From Desulfobacterales bacterium (lineage in GTDB: Bacteria; Desulfobacterota; Desulfobacteria; Desulfobacterales; UBA2174): DNA of 64,000 nucleotides. Location of the stretch: NCBI GenBank assembly GCA_963668645.2, contig CAXXWC010000003.1:150649-214648 (forward strand). Reading direction: 5' to 3'. Below, one piece after another: positions 9,438-21,004 of the stretch. The notes below the pieces were generated by a model. The model saw only the letters and a program-made list of their open reading frames with translations. It was not told where the DNA came from and made no database searches. Both the position numbers and the translations under genes were made by a program. Numbering within the stretch: position 1 is the first letter of the stretch; each line of letters starts with the position of its first letter.

Positions 9438-9466
9438 TTGAAACGTCGTAAACTCGGTGCTATACC
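9438..9466 (+). promoter_or_regulatory. Candidate sigma-70 promoter of the RND efflux operon
   Basis: TTGAAA (9438-9443), a 17-nt spacer, then TATACC (9461-9466), about 50 nt upstream of ATG 9516. Motif match only. Confidence 0.25.
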
Positions 9467-9515
9467 GGTCAGCAGGTTTTTTGCATTTTTTCAGGATCGT
9501 CGAGGAGACTCTGCC

Positions 9516-10676
9516 ATGTCCAGCCGCAATCCTTCGCTTTTCACCGTCCTGTTTTTCTGCTTGGCGCTGTTTTTGCCGGCCGCCCTATCAGGCCCTGCGC
9601 GGGCCGCGCAAAAGGGCGCCGCCATGCCCCCGCCTCTGGTGACCGTGGCGCCGGTGACCGAAGCCGAGGTCAACCCGCCGGTGGAATATGTCGCGCGGGT
9701 CGAGGCCCTGCGGGCGGTAGACCTGCGCGCGCGGGTCGAGGGGGAACTGGAGAAGGTGCGCTTCGAAGAGGGGGCCACCGTCAAGGCCGGCGATCTGCTC
9801 TACGTCATCGAGCAGGCCACCTACCGGGCCGAGGCGGACGCGGCCCGGGCCAGGGCGGCCCAGGCCCGGGCCACCCTGGACAAGGCCGAAAAATACGTCA
9901 AACGCCTGGAATCGGTGCGCTCTGGAGGGGTTTCGGCTACCGACCTGGAAACCGCCCAGAGCGATGTGGCCCAAAGCCGTGCAGCCTTTCAGGCGGCCGA
10001 GGCCGACCTGGTCCAAAGCGAGATCAACCTGGGCTATACCACCATCGCGGCCCCCATCGCAGGGCGCATCGGCAAGAACGTCTACAGCCGGGGCAACCTC
10101 GTCGGCCCGGATAGCGGCGCTTTGGCGCGCATCGTCCAGGTCGATCCGATCCGGGTCGTCTTTTCCGTAAGCGAAAACGATCTTCCCGCCATGATCCGCA
10201 AGCGCCGCAGCATGAGCGAGGAGGAGCTGGCCCTAAGTGGAGTGATCCGCCTGCGCCTGCCCGACGGCACGGCTTATCCAAAGATCGGCCGGCCCGATTT
10301 TATGGACAACGAAGTCGATCCGGCCACCGGCACCATCGCCCTGCGGGCGCGCTTCGACAATCCGGAAGGGTTGCTGGTCCCCGGCCAGTACGTCACGATC
10401 CTGATCAGCCTCAGCGCCCCGCTACGCCTGCCGGTGGTCCCCCAGGCCGCCGTACTCGAAGACCGGGAAGGACGCTACGTCTTTGTGGTGGCCGACGACG
10501 GGCGGGCCGTCAAACGGCGCATCGAAACGGGCGATCCCCTCGGAACGGTCTGGGCGGTGAAACAGGGGCTGACCGTTGGCGAAACCATCGTGGTCGAAGG
10601 GGTGCAAAAGGTGCGTCCGGGCCAGCCGATCCAGCCCCAGTCCGCCGGGCAGACCGCTAAAGGAGCCCAGCGATGA
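9516..10676 (+). CDS. RND efflux periplasmic adaptor (membrane fusion protein, AcrA/MexA family)
   Basis: Start at ATG 9516 with GAGGAG at 9502-9507. N-terminal signal/anchor [18 protein letters not shown], coiled-coil hairpin region, [13 protein letters not shown] lipoyl-like motif, and a barrel domain. The stop overlaps the pump start (ATGA at 10673). Confidence 0.85.
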   Translation: MSSRNPSLFTVLFFCLALFLPAALSGPARAAQKGAAMPPPLVTVAPVTEAEVNPPVEYVARVEALRAVDLRARVEGELEKVRFEEGATVKAGDLLYVIEQATYRAEADAARARAAQARATLDKAEKYVKRLESVRSGGVSATDLETAQSDVAQSRAAFQAAEADLVQSEINLGYTTIAAPIAGRIGKNVYSRGNLVGPDSGALARIVQVDPIRVVFSVSENDLPAMIRKRRSMSEEELALSGVIRLRLPDGTAYPKIGRPDFMDNEVDPATGTIALRARFDNPEGLLVPGQYVTILISLSAPLRLPVVPQAAVLEDREGRYVFVVADDGRAVKRRIETGDPLGTVWAVKQGLTVGETIVVEGVQKVRPGQPIQPQSAGQTAKGAQR

Positions 10677-13600
10677 TCTCCCGGGTCTTCATCGTCCGCC
10701 CGCGCCTGGCCATGGTGATCTCCCTGGTGGTGGTGCTGGCCGGCCTGCTCGCCCTGCTCAACATCCCCGTGGCCCAGTATCCGGACCGCATCGCGCCGCC
10801 CGACATCCGGGTCTCGGCGGTCTACCCCGGGGCCAGCGCCCGGGAAGTGGCCGCCACGGTGGCCGCCCCCATCGAGGCCGAGGTCAACGGGGTCGAAGAC
10901 ATGCTCTACATGTCCTCGACCTGCAACAACAACGGCGGCTACGATCTTTCGGTGACTTTCGCCGTCGGCACCGACCCGGACATGGCCCAGGTCAATGTGA
11001 TGAACCGGATCCAGCAAGCCCAGGCCAAGCTTCCCACGGCGGTGGTGTCCCAGGGGCTCAGCGTGCGCCAGCGCTCGACGGATATCCTTGGGCTGGTGAC
11101 CTACTATTCGCCTGAAGGTACCCGCAACCGGCTCTTTTTGAGCAACTGGGTCACCATCAACATCCGCGACGCCCTGCTGCGGGTCGAAGGGGTCAGCGAG
11201 GTGATCGTCTTCGGGTCGATGGAATACGCCATGCGCATCTGGCTGGATGCCGAGCGTCTGGCGGCCCTGGCCATGACCCCCGACGACGTCGTCGCCGCAA
11301 TCCAGTCCCAGAACATCCAGGCCGCGGCCGGCTCCATCGGCACGGCGCCGGCCGGCGACGACCAGCAGTTGCAGTACATCCTCCAGGCCAAAGGACGCCT
11401 GGACAGCCCGCAGGAGTTCGAGGCCATCGTGGTGCGCACCAATGCCGACGGAGGGGTGGTGCGGCTGCGCGACGTGGCCCGGGTCGAACTGGGCGGCAAG
11501 AGCTACGCGGCCGACAGCACCCTCAACGGCCGGCCTTCGGTGCAGATCGGGATCTATCAGAAGCCCGGGGCCAACGCGCTGGACACCGTACGGCGCGTCG
11601 ATCTGGAGCTCGACCGGCTCGCCGCGCGCATGCCGGCCGACGTGGCCTACGAGCTGACCTACGACTCGACCCGTTTCGTGGCTTCGGCCATCGAGGAAAT
11701 CGTCTTCACCCTGGGGTTGACCTTCCTGCTGGTGGTGGGGGTCACCTTCTTGTTTCTCCAGGACTGGCGCGCCACCCTGATTCCGAGCCTGACCATCCCG
11801 GTATCGCTCATCGGCACCTTCGCCGTGCTCTTTGCCCTGGACTATACGGCCAACACCATCACCCTGTTCGCCCTGATTCTAGCCATCGGCCTGGTGGTGG
11901 ATGATGCCATCGTGGTGGTGGAAAACGTTCAACGGGTCATCGAGGAGGAGCACCTGGACGCGCGCAGCGCCACCATCCGTTCCATGGAGCAGGTCACCGG
12001 CCCCATCGTGGCCATGTCCCTGGTGCTGCTCTCGGTCTTTGTGCCGGTGGGGTTTTTGCCCGGGATCACCGGCCAGCTTTACCGGCAGTTTTCCGTCACC
12101 ATCTGCGTGGCGGTTCTGCTCTCGGCGGTCAACGCCCTGAGCCTGAGCCCGGCGTTGTGCAGCATCCTGCTGGGCCGGCCGCGCATTGTGCGCCGCGGCC
12201 CCCTGGCCTGGTTTCGCCGGGCCCTGAACGCATCGCGCAACGTCTACGTACGCTCGGCTGCCTGGCTGGTTCGCCGCACCCTGGTGGCCGGCCTGATCCT
12301 GGTGCTGGTGTGCGCTGCCACCGTCCAGCTGTTCAGGACCCGCCCGACCAGCCTGCTGCCCAACGAGGACCGAGGGGTCCTGATCATTGATATCCAACTG
12401 CCCGATGCGGCCGCATTCGGCCGCACGCGCCAGGTGATGGCCCAGCTCAGCCAGCGCGTGGGGAGCATCCAGGAGATCGATTACATCATCGCCGTGATGG
12501 GCTACAGCCTGATCAGCGGTCCGGGTGAAAACGTCGGTTTCGCCTTCGCCGGGCTGCGCCCCTGGGCCGAGCGCACCGGCCGTGACCAGCAGATCGGGGC
12601 CGTACTCGACCGGATCCGGCGTGAAGCCGCCGCGATTCCCGGCGCCCGCATCAACGCCTTCACCCCGCCGGCCATCTCGGGGCTGGGGGCCTCGGGCGGC
12701 TTCGACTTCCGGCTCCAGGCCCTGGCCGGCCAGTCCCCCCGGGAGCTGGCAGCAGCCCTCAAGGCACTGGTGGTCGAGGCCAACCAGGATCCCAATATCG
12801 CCGCGGCCTTTTCCACCTATTCGGCCGACAGCCCCCAGATCTTCGTAGACCTGGACCGCACCAAGGCCGAGCTTCTCAAGGTGCCGGTCAGCCGGGTTTT
12901 CGCTACCTTGCAAAACTACCTCGGCGCCCGCTACGTCAACGACATCAACCTTTACAGCCGCATCTTCCAAGTGCGTATCCAGGCCGACGCCCCCTTCCGC
13001 GATACCGCCGGCGATATCCGCAGGCTCTACGTGCGCAGCGACACCGGGGCCATGGTGCCGTTGTCCAGTCTGGTAACGCTGCACAGCATCCTCGGCCCCC
13101 AGACCATCAGCCGCCACAACCAGTTCGACGCGGCCACGGTCTTCGGATCGGCCCGCCCCGGGGTCAGCTCGGGCGACGCGATGAGCGCCATGGCGCGTCT
13201 GGCCGCCGGGACCCTGCCCCAAGGCTACGGCTTTGAATGGGCCGGTCTAAGCTATCAGGAGCAGGCCAGCGGTGGCCAGGGCCCGATTTTGATCATGCTG
13301 GCCCTGGTCTTTGCCTACCTTTTCCTGGTGGCCCAGTATGAGAGCTGGACCATTCCGCTGCCGGTGATCCTCTCCATCTCGGTGGCGGCCCTGGGCGCCC
13401 TGGCCGGGCTCTGGGTGGCGGGCCTGACCATGAGCATCTATGCCCAGATCGGCCTGGTCCTGCTGGTGGGCCTGGCGAGCAAAAACGCGATTTTGATCGT
13501 CGAGTTCGCCCGCGAGCAGCGCCGGGCCGGATACTCGATCCCCGAAGCGGCCGCCGCCGGCGCACGCATCCGCTTCCGGGCCGTGCTGATGACTGCCTTT

Positions 13601-13828
13601 TCGCTGATCATCGGCGTTTCGCCCATGGTGGTCGCCACCGGGGCCGGCGCGGCCAGCCGGCGCGCCATCGGCACCCCGGTGTTCGCCGGGATGCTGGCGG
13701 CCACCTTGCTGGGCATCTTCCTGATCCCGGCGCTCTTTGCCGCTTTCCAGGCCTGGCGCGAAAGGGCCGGCACCTGGCGCCGGCGGGTGTTCAAGCTGGG
13801 GTCAGACGACGAGCCGTCCCGGCGCTGA
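10673..13828 (+). CDS. RND multidrug/hydrophobe efflux transporter, inner-membrane permease (AcrB/MexB, HAE1-type)
   Basis: 1051 aa. Typical N-terminus [33 protein letters not shown], two large periplasmic loops, and the conserved TM4 region [19 protein letters not shown]. Confidence 0.9.
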   Translation: MISRVFIVRPRLAMVISLVVVLAGLLALLNIPVAQYPDRIAPPDIRVSAVYPGASAREVAATVAAPIEAEVNGVEDMLYMSSTCNNNGGYDLSVTFAVGTDPDMAQVNVMNRIQQAQAKLPTAVVSQGLSVRQRSTDILGLVTYYSPEGTRNRLFLSNWVTINIRDALLRVEGVSEVIVFGSMEYAMRIWLDAERLAALAMTPDDVVAAIQSQNIQAAAGSIGTAPAGDDQQLQYILQAKGRLDSPQEFEAIVVRTNADGGVVRLRDVARVELGGKSYAADSTLNGRPSVQIGIYQKPGANALDTVRRVDLELDRLAARMPADVAYELTYDSTRFVASAIEEIVFTLGLTFLLVVGVTFLFLQDWRATLIPSLTIPVSLIGTFAVLFALDYTANTITLFALILAIGLVVDDAIVVVENVQRVIEEEHLDARSATIRSMEQVTGPIVAMSLVLLSVFVPVGFLPGITGQLYRQFSVTICVAVLLSAVNALSLSPALCSILLGRPRIVRRGPLAWFRRALNASRNVYVRSAAWLVRRTLVAGLILVLVCAATVQLFRTRPTSLLPNEDRGVLIIDIQLPDAAAFGRTRQVMAQLSQRVGSIQEIDYIIAVMGYSLISGPGENVGFAFAGLRPWAERTGRDQQIGAVLDRIRREAAAIPGARINAFTPPAISGLGASGGFDFRLQALAGQSPRELAAALKALVVEANQDPNIAAAFSTYSADSPQIFVDLDRTKAELLKVPVSRVFATLQNYLGARYVNDINLYSRIFQVRIQADAPFRDTAGDIRRLYVRSDTGAMVPLSSLVTLHSILGPQTISRHNQFDAATVFGSARPGVSSGDAMSAMARLAAGTLPQGYGFEWAGLSYQEQASGGQGPILIMLALVFAYLFLVAQYESWTIPLPVILSISVAALGALAGLWVAGLTMSIYAQIGLVLLVGLASKNAILIVEFAREQRRAGYSIPEAAAAGARIRFRAVLMTAFSLIIGVSPMVVATGAGAASRRAIGTPVFAGMLAATLLGIFLIPALFAAFQAWRERAGTWRRRVFKLGSDDEPSRR

Positions 13829-13993
13829 GCCGAAAAGGACAGGACGGCTCACCCGCTCTGCCCGGCGCCAGGCCCTCGACGGGTTTGTAACCGTCCGGGG
13901 CCGGCGCACGACTGAAGAATGAACATCAAAAAATCTGAACGCCGATACGATCGGCCTTACGGCAATGCCGCCCCATAAAAGAGGCCATTTCCC

Positions 13994-15412
13994 ATGAAAC
14001 GCCTTGTATGCCTTAAATCATTTTCCGCCGCTGCGGCCTTTTTCCTGCTGGGCGCCTGCGCCGCCGTGGGACCGGACTACCAGCCTCCGGCCCTTCCTGC
14101 GCCGGAGGCCTGGAATACCTCGCTGGAGGACGGCCTGCAGGCCGAGGCGGTTGCCGCCTCCCAGCTGGCGGTCTGGTGGCGCAACTTCGAGGATCCTGTG
14201 CTGGACGAACTGGTAGGCAAGGCCCTGACCGGCAGCCTCGATCTGGCCCAGGCCAAAGCGCGCGTACGCGAGGCGCGTGCCCGGCGCGGCCTGAGCCAGA
14301 CCGACCGCTATCCGACTCTCGATGCCGGCGCTGCGGCCAAACGCAGCCAGAGCAGCGGCGGCGGCCAGGCCCGCAACCTGTACAGCGCTGCCTTCGACGC
14401 CGGATGGGAAATCGACGTTTTCGGCGGGGTGCGCCGCGGCATCCAGGCGGCCCAAAGCGATCTGGAAGCGGCCGAGGCCGGGCTGGACAGCGTTCTGGTA
14501 TCCTTGACCGCGGAAATCGGAAGCAACTACATCGAGGCGCGCACCTACCAAACCCGCCTGGCGGTGGCCGCCGCCAACCTCGATGCCCAGCAGCAGACCT
14601 TCGAGTTAATCCGCTCGCGCTATGAAGCCGGATTGAGCGACGAGCTGGCCCTGCAGCAGGCACGCTACAATCTCGAAGCGTCCCGCAGCCAGATCCCGTC
14701 CCTGCGTAGCGGCCTGGCTGCGGCGCGCAACCGCCTGGCTGTGCTGATCGGCGAATCGCCCGGCGCGGTGGATCGGCTCATGGCCGAAAAACGGCCCGTA
14801 CCCTCCACCCCGCCCACCGTGGCAGTGGGCATCCCGGCCGAGGCCCTGCGCCGCCGGCCGGACATTCGCCAGGCCGAACGGCAAATCGCGGCCCAGACCG
14901 CCCGCATCGGGATGGCCGAAGCCGAACTTTACCCCAAGTTCCGGCTGGCGGGCAGCATCGGCCTGGAAGCCTTCAACACCAACGATCTTTTCGAATGGGC
15001 CAGCCGCACCTGGAGCGTCGGCCCGGGCATTTCCTGGAAGGTTTTCGATGCCGGCGCCGTCAAGCGCAACATCGAAATCCAGACCGCGGTCCAGGAGCAG
15101 ACCCTGGCCGCCTGGGAGGCGACGGTGCTGGGGGCGCTGGAGGAAGTGGAAAACGCCCTGTCCACCTACGCCCAGGAACAGGTGCGCCGCGACCATCTGG
15201 CCGCGGCGGTGGATGCGGCCCGCCAGGCTGAAGTCCTCGCCAGTCAAAAGTACCAGGCCGGCCTGGTGGATTTTTCCAGCGTCCTGGACGCCCAGCGGTC
15301 CCTGCTGAGCTACCAGGACCAGTTGGCCACCAGCCAGGGAACGGTCACCGCGAATCTGATCAAGCTCTACAAGGCCCTGGGTGGAGGATGGCAGGCCGCA
15401 CCACCGGCCTGA
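13994..15412 (+). CDS. Outer-membrane efflux lipoprotein (NodT/OprM family)
   Basis: 472 aa. Lipobox FFLLGACA followed by VGPDYQPP, the hallmark N-terminus of this family. Two tandem OEP repeats. Confidence 0.9.
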   Translation: MKRLVCLKSFSAAAAFFLLGACAAVGPDYQPPALPAPEAWNTSLEDGLQAEAVAASQLAVWWRNFEDPVLDELVGKALTGSLDLAQAKARVREARARRGLSQTDRYPTLDAGAAAKRSQSSGGGQARNLYSAAFDAGWEIDVFGGVRRGIQAAQSDLEAAEAGLDSVLVSLTAEIGSNYIEARTYQTRLAVAAANLDAQQQTFELIRSRYEAGLSDELALQQARYNLEASRSQIPSLRSGLAAARNRLAVLIGESPGAVDRLMAEKRPVPSTPPTVAVGIPAEALRRRPDIRQAERQIAAQTARIGMAEAELYPKFRLAGSIGLEAFNTNDLFEWASRTWSVGPGISWKVFDAGAVKRNIEIQTAVQEQTLAAWEATVLGALEEVENALSTYAQEQVRRDHLAAAVDAARQAEVLASQKYQAGLVDFSSVLDAQRSLLSYQDQLATSQGTVTANLIKLYKALGGGWQAAPPA

Positions 15413-15720
15413 TGCCTGCCGCCTCGCAGGGGATATCGCGGCGGAACCTCATCCAGACCGCCCAAGCCGCGATCAGCCGGCCGTCTGGTCGCCCCCCAGG
15501 ACGATGCACCGCCGCCTTGGCCGTGGCGGATCGGTTCCAGCCCTCTTCCTTCCCTCCGGAATAAGCCCGGCCGGCAAACCGCCTGTGGCGATTGCCTTGG
15601 AAACAGTGTACTATTGCCTACTAAGTAGAAATCCAAACAGTGAACGATAACGCCCTTGATTCCCGATGCCGATCGGTGTGCACCGCCCGGCTTCATTTAA
15701 GCACGGACGGACGACCATCC

Positions 15721-16905
15721 ATGCCTACGAAACGAATCTTTCCCTTGCTCGTCCTATTGGCGGCCTTCCCGCCGCTTTCCACCGACATGTACCTGCCGGC
15801 CATGCCGACCTTGCAGCGCATCTGGCACCAGCCCGTGACCATGGTCAACCTGACCTTGATCGTTTTCTTCGTGGCGTTCTGTTTCGCGCTGCTCTTCTAT
15901 GGACCGGTATCGGACCGCTATGGCCGCCGGCCGCCGCTTCTGGCCGGCGTGAGCCTTTATGTCGCGGCCAGCATTGCCTGTGCCGCAGCCCCGGGGGTGG
16001 AATGGATGATCGGCGCCAGGGTGCTGCAAGCCCTGGGCGGGGCCAGCGCCGCGGCCCTGTCCATGGCCGTTACCAAAGACATCTATGACGGCCTCAAGCG
16101 CGCCCGAATCATCGCCCATATTGCGGTGGTTCTGGCCCTGGCCCCTATGCTGGCACCAATGATCGGCGGCTGGCTGCTCTCATGGACGTCCTGGCGGGGG
16201 ATCTTCCTGGTCCAGGCCGCCATGGGGCTGACCGCCATGATCGGCGTCTGGCGCATGCCCGAAACCCTGCCGGTGGCAGCGGCAGCAGGGGTGGGAAAGG
16301 TGGCGGCCGGCTATCTGCGGCTTTTTAAAAACCGCCGCTTCAGCAGCATCACCTTTTCCACCTCGCTGTTGGCGCTGCCGGCCTTCGCCTTTATCGCCGG
16401 CTCGGCGGACATCTACATCAACCACTTCGGGTTGACGCCCCAAAAATTCAGCTATTTTTTCGGCTTCAACGCCACCGGCCTGATGCTCGGCCCCCTGGCC
16501 TTCACGCGCCTGTGCCGGAAAATGCCCACCGCACGGTTGATCACCATCGGCTACGCCGGCATCTGTCTCGGCGGGCTGTTGATGCTGATCGACCCCGGCG
16601 CCGGCGGCCCCTGGCACTTGGCCCTTTGCAACTGGGCCATGGCCTTTTCCTTCGGTTTGTGCCGCCCGCCGGTCAACAACCTGGCCCTTGAGCAGGTCCA
16701 CCAGGACGCCGGGGCCGCCTCCTCGCTGCTCGTTTTCACCTACATGTTGGTGGGTGCGGCCGGGATGGGGCTGATCTCTTTGGACTGGAGCGACAAGGTC
16801 GCCTTGCTCGGATGGTTGGGCCTGCTGGCCGGTGGGGCGAACTTTTTTTTCTGGTTGCGCTTTAAAGACTGCTTCCGCCCGCGCCGCCCCCTGCCGGGGC
16901 CGTGA
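15721..16905 (+). CDS. MFS transporter, Bcr/CflA drug-resistance subfamily
   Basis: Start at ATG 15721 (MPTKRIFPLLVLLAAFPPLSTDMYLPAMP, the family-typical N-terminus). GPVSDRYGRRPPLL MFS motif and 12 predicted TMs. Confidence 0.8.
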   Translation: MPTKRIFPLLVLLAAFPPLSTDMYLPAMPTLQRIWHQPVTMVNLTLIVFFVAFCFALLFYGPVSDRYGRRPPLLAGVSLYVAASIACAAAPGVEWMIGARVLQALGGASAAALSMAVTKDIYDGLKRARIIAHIAVVLALAPMLAPMIGGWLLSWTSWRGIFLVQAAMGLTAMIGVWRMPETLPVAAAAGVGKVAAGYLRLFKNRRFSSITFSTSLLALPAFAFIAGSADIYINHFGLTPQKFSYFFGFNATGLMLGPLAFTRLCRKMPTARLITIGYAGICLGGLLMLIDPGAGGPWHLALCNWAMAFSFGLCRPPVNNLALEQVHQDAGAASSLLVFTYMLVGAAGMGLISLDWSDKVALLGWLGLLAGGANFFFWLRFKDCFRPRRPLPGP

Positions 16906-16983
16906 TTTTGAAAACGCACGCCGCAGCCTCCTTCCTTCTCATGCCCGGGGCCGTGGGGGCCAGATGCCAGAAGCGGGATCCGG

Positions 16984-19900
16984 CTAGCCCTCCAGCGCCG
17001 CTTTGACCTGTGCGGCCAGCGCCTCGCGCGAAAAGGGCTTCTCAATGAAATGGACCCCGGCATCCAACACCCCGTGGTGAGCGATGGTGTTGGCCGTGTA
17101 GCCGGACATGAACAAGACCTTGAGTTGCGGATACATTTCATGCAGCCGGGCCGCCAGGTCCCGGCCGTTCATTTCGGGCATCACCACGTCGGTGATCAGC
17201 AGATCCACCCTGCCGCCATGGGCCTCGGCCAGGCGGATCGCCTCGGCCGGACCGCCGGCCGACAACACCGTATAGCCCAGCCCCCCCAGAATGATCTGCG
17301 CCAGCTTGAGCACCGACACTTCGTCTTCCACCACCAGGATCGTCTCGCCCCGGCCGGCAGCTTCCTGCCCCGCCGGAGGAGCCTCGTGCACCTCGACCTT
17401 GCCGGAGTGGCGCGGCAGGTAAATCCTGAAGGTCGTCCCTTGCCCCGGCTCGCTGTAGACGTTGATAAATCCCTCGTTCTGCTTGACGATCCCGTACACC
17501 GTGGCCAAGCCCAGACCCGTGCCCCGGCCCATCTCCTTGGTGGTGAAAAACGGCTCGAAAAGATTGGCCAGGGTTTCCTGGTCCATCCCCCGGCCGTTGT
17601 CGCTCACCGCAAGCATCACATACTCGCCGGGCACAAAACCCGGGTGGTCATTGCAGTAAACCGCGTCGAAGACCGCATTGTCCGTCCCGATGCCCACCTT
17701 GCCCACCCCGTCGATGGCGTCCCGGGCGTTGACCAGCAGGTTGGCCAGAATCTGGTTCAGCTGGCTCGGATCAATCTTTATCGGCCACAGGCCATCCTCG
17801 GGCAGCCACTGCAGGTCGATGTCCTCGCCGATCAGCCGCCGCAGCATTTTAAGCATCCCCTCCACCGTGTCGTTCAGATCCAGTACATGAGGAACGATGG
17901 TCTGTTTGCGTGCAAAGGCCAGCAACTGACGCGTGATGTCGGCCGAACGATTCGCCGCGGCAAGAATCTCGTCCAGATCCTCCACCAGCGAATCATCCGC
18001 CGCGATCTTCTGCTTGGCCAGTTCCGTATAGCCCATAATCACGCCGAGCATGTTGTTGAAATCGTGGGCCACTCCGCCGGCCAGGCGGCCCACGGCCTCC
18101 ATCTTCTGGGCCTGGTGCAGCTGCTCCTGAAGCTTGATCTTTTCCTTTTCGGCCTGCTGGCGTTCGGTGACATCCACCAGCACCACCAGGTTGAACTGCC
18201 CGGCGGCGGCCATGCGAAACTCGACCTGGCGCACGCTGCCGTCCTTGCAGGTTACCGGGTGTTGCATCGGCTTGATTTCCGAGAGGGAATTTCTGGCCCG
18301 GGTTACCGCTGCTTCCCACTCCTGGCGGAAACGATTTCTCAGTACGGGGTCCGGATAGGCAAGCTGCCACCACTCCCTGACCGAGGGCATATCCAGAGCG
18401 GTATAGCCGAACAGGGCCGAAAACTTCGGACTGGCATAAATCACCCTTTCTTCCAGATCCGAAATCACGATCGCCACCGGCGCCAGTTCGGCAAACTGCC
18501 GGAATCGCAACTCACTTTCCCGCAGGGCCGCCTCGCTCCGCTTACGATCGGAAATATCCCGCGTTGTCCCTTGAAGCGCCACGGCTTGACCGGTCTGGTC
18601 ATAGATAACCTTACCATGGATTTCGATCCAGAACGCTTCACCGTTCTTTTTGAGCATTTCGGTTTCGAAAAAGGCACCCGTACCTTCCGGCCCCTTTTCC
18701 ATCTCGGCAAGGATCACGCCCACCGTGTGAGCAAAACTTTCTTCGTCGCAGTGGTCCGAAAGGGCCGATCCGATCCACTCCTCCGGCCTGTGGCCGGTCA
18801 TGGCGAAAACGGCCGGGTTGACGTAGGTGAACTCGAGATCAAGATTCATGGTCCAGATAACGTCGAGCGTGTTTTCGGCCAGCAACCGATAGCGGCTTTC
18901 GCTTTGGCGCAACTCCTCTGTCTGTTTGGCCACCTGGCGGCGTAGCGTCCTAGTCCAGACGAACAGGGCCAGTACAACCGCCAGCAAAGGCAGAGCACCC
19001 AAGGCGACGGCCCGTAGAACCTGATTCAAATTTTGCTGCGAGGGCTCGTAGACGCCCAGCCACCGATCGTAGATGCGCTGGTACTCGCCTTTTTTTTCAA
19101 GAACCTGCAGCCCCTCGCTGAGGCTGGCCAGCATGGCCTTGTGGCCGTTGGGCACTGCATAGCCGTATCCGGGCGAAAGCAGCGGCCGCTGGGCGACCAT
19201 AAGGTTGTGCCAGCCGTGCTTTTCGATCCAGTAAAAGGCGGTGAGTCGCGACACCAGGGCGCAATCGTGCTTGCCGGCAGCCAGCTCCCGAAGCGCCTCT
19301 TCCTGGGTTGCGACAGGCACCACCCAAGGGCCCAGTCCGTTGTCTTCGGCGAAATCGTGCATGATGTCGCCGCGTTCGACCACGAGCCGCTTGCCGGCCA
19401 GTTCCGGCACGCTCGACGGCGGCGCAACCTGTCCCCGGCGCACCACTGCGACACAGTGATTGACGATGTGAGGCGGACTGAAATCGAAGGTCAAATCCCG
19501 ATGGGGCGAGTAGAACATCCCTTGGATGGCGTCGATTTCGCCCTTTTCCAAACCGTTGAGGATTTCGGTCCAGGGGCCGAGCCGAATCTCGATGTCCAGT
19601 CCCATCTCAAGGGCGATGGCCCGGGTCAGTTCCACGTTGTAGCCCGCCGGCCGGCCCTGCCCATCCAGATATTCGTAAGGCGGATAATTCTCGTCCCCGC
19701 CGATCACGATGCGCCGGTTGACCGGCAGCTCCAGGGCCGCGAACCACTTGGCGTGCAGGTGCCGGTAGGTCCCGTCGGCGGTTACCAGGGCCAGTCCCTC
19801 GTTTAAAAGTGCCAGGGTGTCGCGGTCGCCTTCGCGTACCGCAAAACAAAAATCCTGCCGGAAGTCTTCGACGGGCCGGTTGATCACTTTCAGATTCTTC

Positions 19901-20484
19901 AGCCCGGTTTCCTGGATCAACCGCACGGCCACCAGACGCTGCACGAACACCGCGTCATAGCTTCCGGCGGCCAATTGCCGCAGGGCATCTTCAAAGGTGG
20001 CAGTGGTGTGGATCTGGATGCCCCGTTTTTTGCGACTTAAAAACTCCTCGGCGGTATCGCCTTTCATCACCGCCACCGATCTGCCCCGCAGATCGGAAAG
20101 GACCTGAATATCGCTGGTCCCGGCGCGCACCACGATGGCCCCGCTCTGCGACATGTAGGGAAAAGTAAAATCGAAGATCGCATCGCGCTCCGGTGTTCGC
20201 CCTACCAGGGGCAGGGCCTGCACCTGGCCGTGTTCCAGCCACCCTTTGACCTCATTCCAGGGACCGGTGCGAAAACTCACCTCACGGCCCATGGCCTTGA
20301 GCGCGGCTTGCATCAGCTCCACGGAAAAACCTCCGACCCGGCCGCTGTCATCCACGATGCAAAAGGGCGGATACGCGATTTCACTGGCCGAAAGGATGGG
20401 GTCCGCGGCGCTGACGCGGCTCGGGAGCGCTACGGCAAAGGCCCAAAAGGATAGAATCGACGCCAGGATTGCAGCGCGCTTCAT
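16984..20484 (-). CDS. Hybrid sensor histidine kinase with two periplasmic family-3 solute-binding (Venus-flytrap, BvgS-like) domains, PAS domains, HisKA/HATPase and a C-terminal receiver
   Basis: Start chosen at ATG 20484 ([19 protein letters not shown] signal). Two SBP_bac_3-like repeats (AYPPFC..., ENYPPYEY...), a TM, two PAS-like regions, H-box [12 protein letters not shown]-boxes DNGRGM and [15 protein letters not shown], and a REC domain (ILVVEDE...[14 protein letters not shown]). Confidence 0.85.
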   Translation of the reverse strand: MKRAAILASILSFWAFAVALPSRVSAADPILSASEIAYPPFCIVDDSGRVGGFSVELMQAALKAMGREVSFRTGPWNEVKGWLEHGQVQALPLVGRTPERDAIFDFTFPYMSQSGAIVVRAGTSDIQVLSDLRGRSVAVMKGDTAEEFLSRKKRGIQIHTTATFEDALRQLAAGSYDAVFVQRLVAVRLIQETGLKNLKVINRPVEDFRQDFCFAVREGDRDTLALLNEGLALVTADGTYRHLHAKWFAALELPVNRRIVIGGDENYPPYEYLDGQGRPAGYNVELTRAIALEMGLDIEIRLGPWTEILNGLEKGEIDAIQGMFYSPHRDLTFDFSPPHIVNHCVAVVRRGQVAPPSSVPELAGKRLVVERGDIMHDFAEDNGLGPWVVPVATQEEALRELAAGKHDCALVSRLTAFYWIEKHGWHNLMVAQRPLLSPGYGYAVPNGHKAMLASLSEGLQVLEKKGEYQRIYDRWLGVYEPSQQNLNQVLRAVALGALPLLAVVLALFVWTRTLRRQVAKQTEELRQSESRYRLLAENTLDVIWTMNLDLEFTYVNPAVFAMTGHRPEEWIGSALSDHCDEESFAHTVGVILAEMEKGPEGTGAFFETEMLKKNGEAFWIEIHGKVIYDQTGQAVALQGTTRDISDRKRSEAALRESELRFRQFAELAPVAIVISDLEERVIYASPKFSALFGYTALDMPSVREWWQLAYPDPVLRNRFRQEWEAAVTRARNSLSEIKPMQHPVTCKDGSVRQVEFRMAAAGQFNLVVLVDVTERQQAEKEKIKLQEQLHQAQKMEAVGRLAGGVAHDFNNMLGVIMGYTELAKQKIAADDSLVEDLDEILAAANRSADITRQLLAFARKQTIVPHVLDLNDTVEGMLKMLRRLIGEDIDLQWLPEDGLWPIKIDPSQLNQILANLLVNARDAIDGVGKVGIGTDNAVFDAVYCNDHPGFVPGEYVMLAVSDNGRGMDQETLANLFEPFFTTKEMGRGTGLGLATVYGIVKQNEGFINVYSEPGQGTTFRIYLPRHSGKVEVHEAPPAGQEAAGRGETILVVEDEVSVLKLAQIILGGLGYTVLSAGGPAEAIRLAEAHGGRVDLLITDVVMPEMNGRDLAARLHEMYPQLKVLFMSGYTANTIAHHGVLDAGVHFIEKPFSREALAAQVKAALEG

Positions 20485-21004
20485 CCCTGGTCGGAACCCT
20501 TGCGGATGTCGGGGATGCCTGCTCATGAATATCTTTGTCGACGGCCAGCCATAAAAAACGCTTGGCTTGGCGATTGTGGAATGGAGGGATTGACGCCGTT
20601 TACCGATACCGGACCGCAAACCGCCTCTCAACCATCCATGCGTCCGATAGCCCGGTATCGCGGGGTATGTGCCATGCCGGACTATCTTGAGAGGTGAGTC
20701 TAAAGCTTACCATGAGTATGAAAAGATAGCCAGAACCGGGTGGTTCATGATGCCGGTACCGGTAAAAAGGGTGCGAGCCGCGGTCCGCTAAATGCCGCAA
20801 GGCGGTGGGAGGGTAAAACGGCCGCTCTGCTTACCGAGGGTTGTTGGAACGATGGGAGGATGGGAAAGCCGCCAAGGCGCGGTTCGCCCCTGCCTTCCCA
20901 TCCTCAAAGGCAACCTCAAGACCGGCCGGGAAAATGGTGCAGTGTAGCCCCGCAGGGGAGCGTCGATTGTCCATTGCGTTCCCGCAAGGCCGGGCCGAAC
21001 CACT

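Noticed and set aside
20660-20674. Sigma-54-like element TGGCACATACCCCGC on the minus strand upstream of the hybrid kinase
   Set aside because: The GG-N10-GC spacing is correct and the -24 half is perfect. But the -12 half is CCGC rather than TTGC, and there is no adjacent activator gene. This is too weak to call.
20485-21004. RNase P RNA, SRP RNA, cobalamin or c-di-GMP riboswitch in the structured intergenic region
   Set aside because: Isolated resemblances exist (AGTCCGGC, GGTAAAAAGGGTGCG, GGGAAAATGGTG, GCCGCCAAGGCG). They are not in the order, orientation or context of the conserved cores (no GAGGAAAGUCCGGGC plus ACAGAAnCCGGCUUA pair, no B12 box, no GGAA tetraloop helix).
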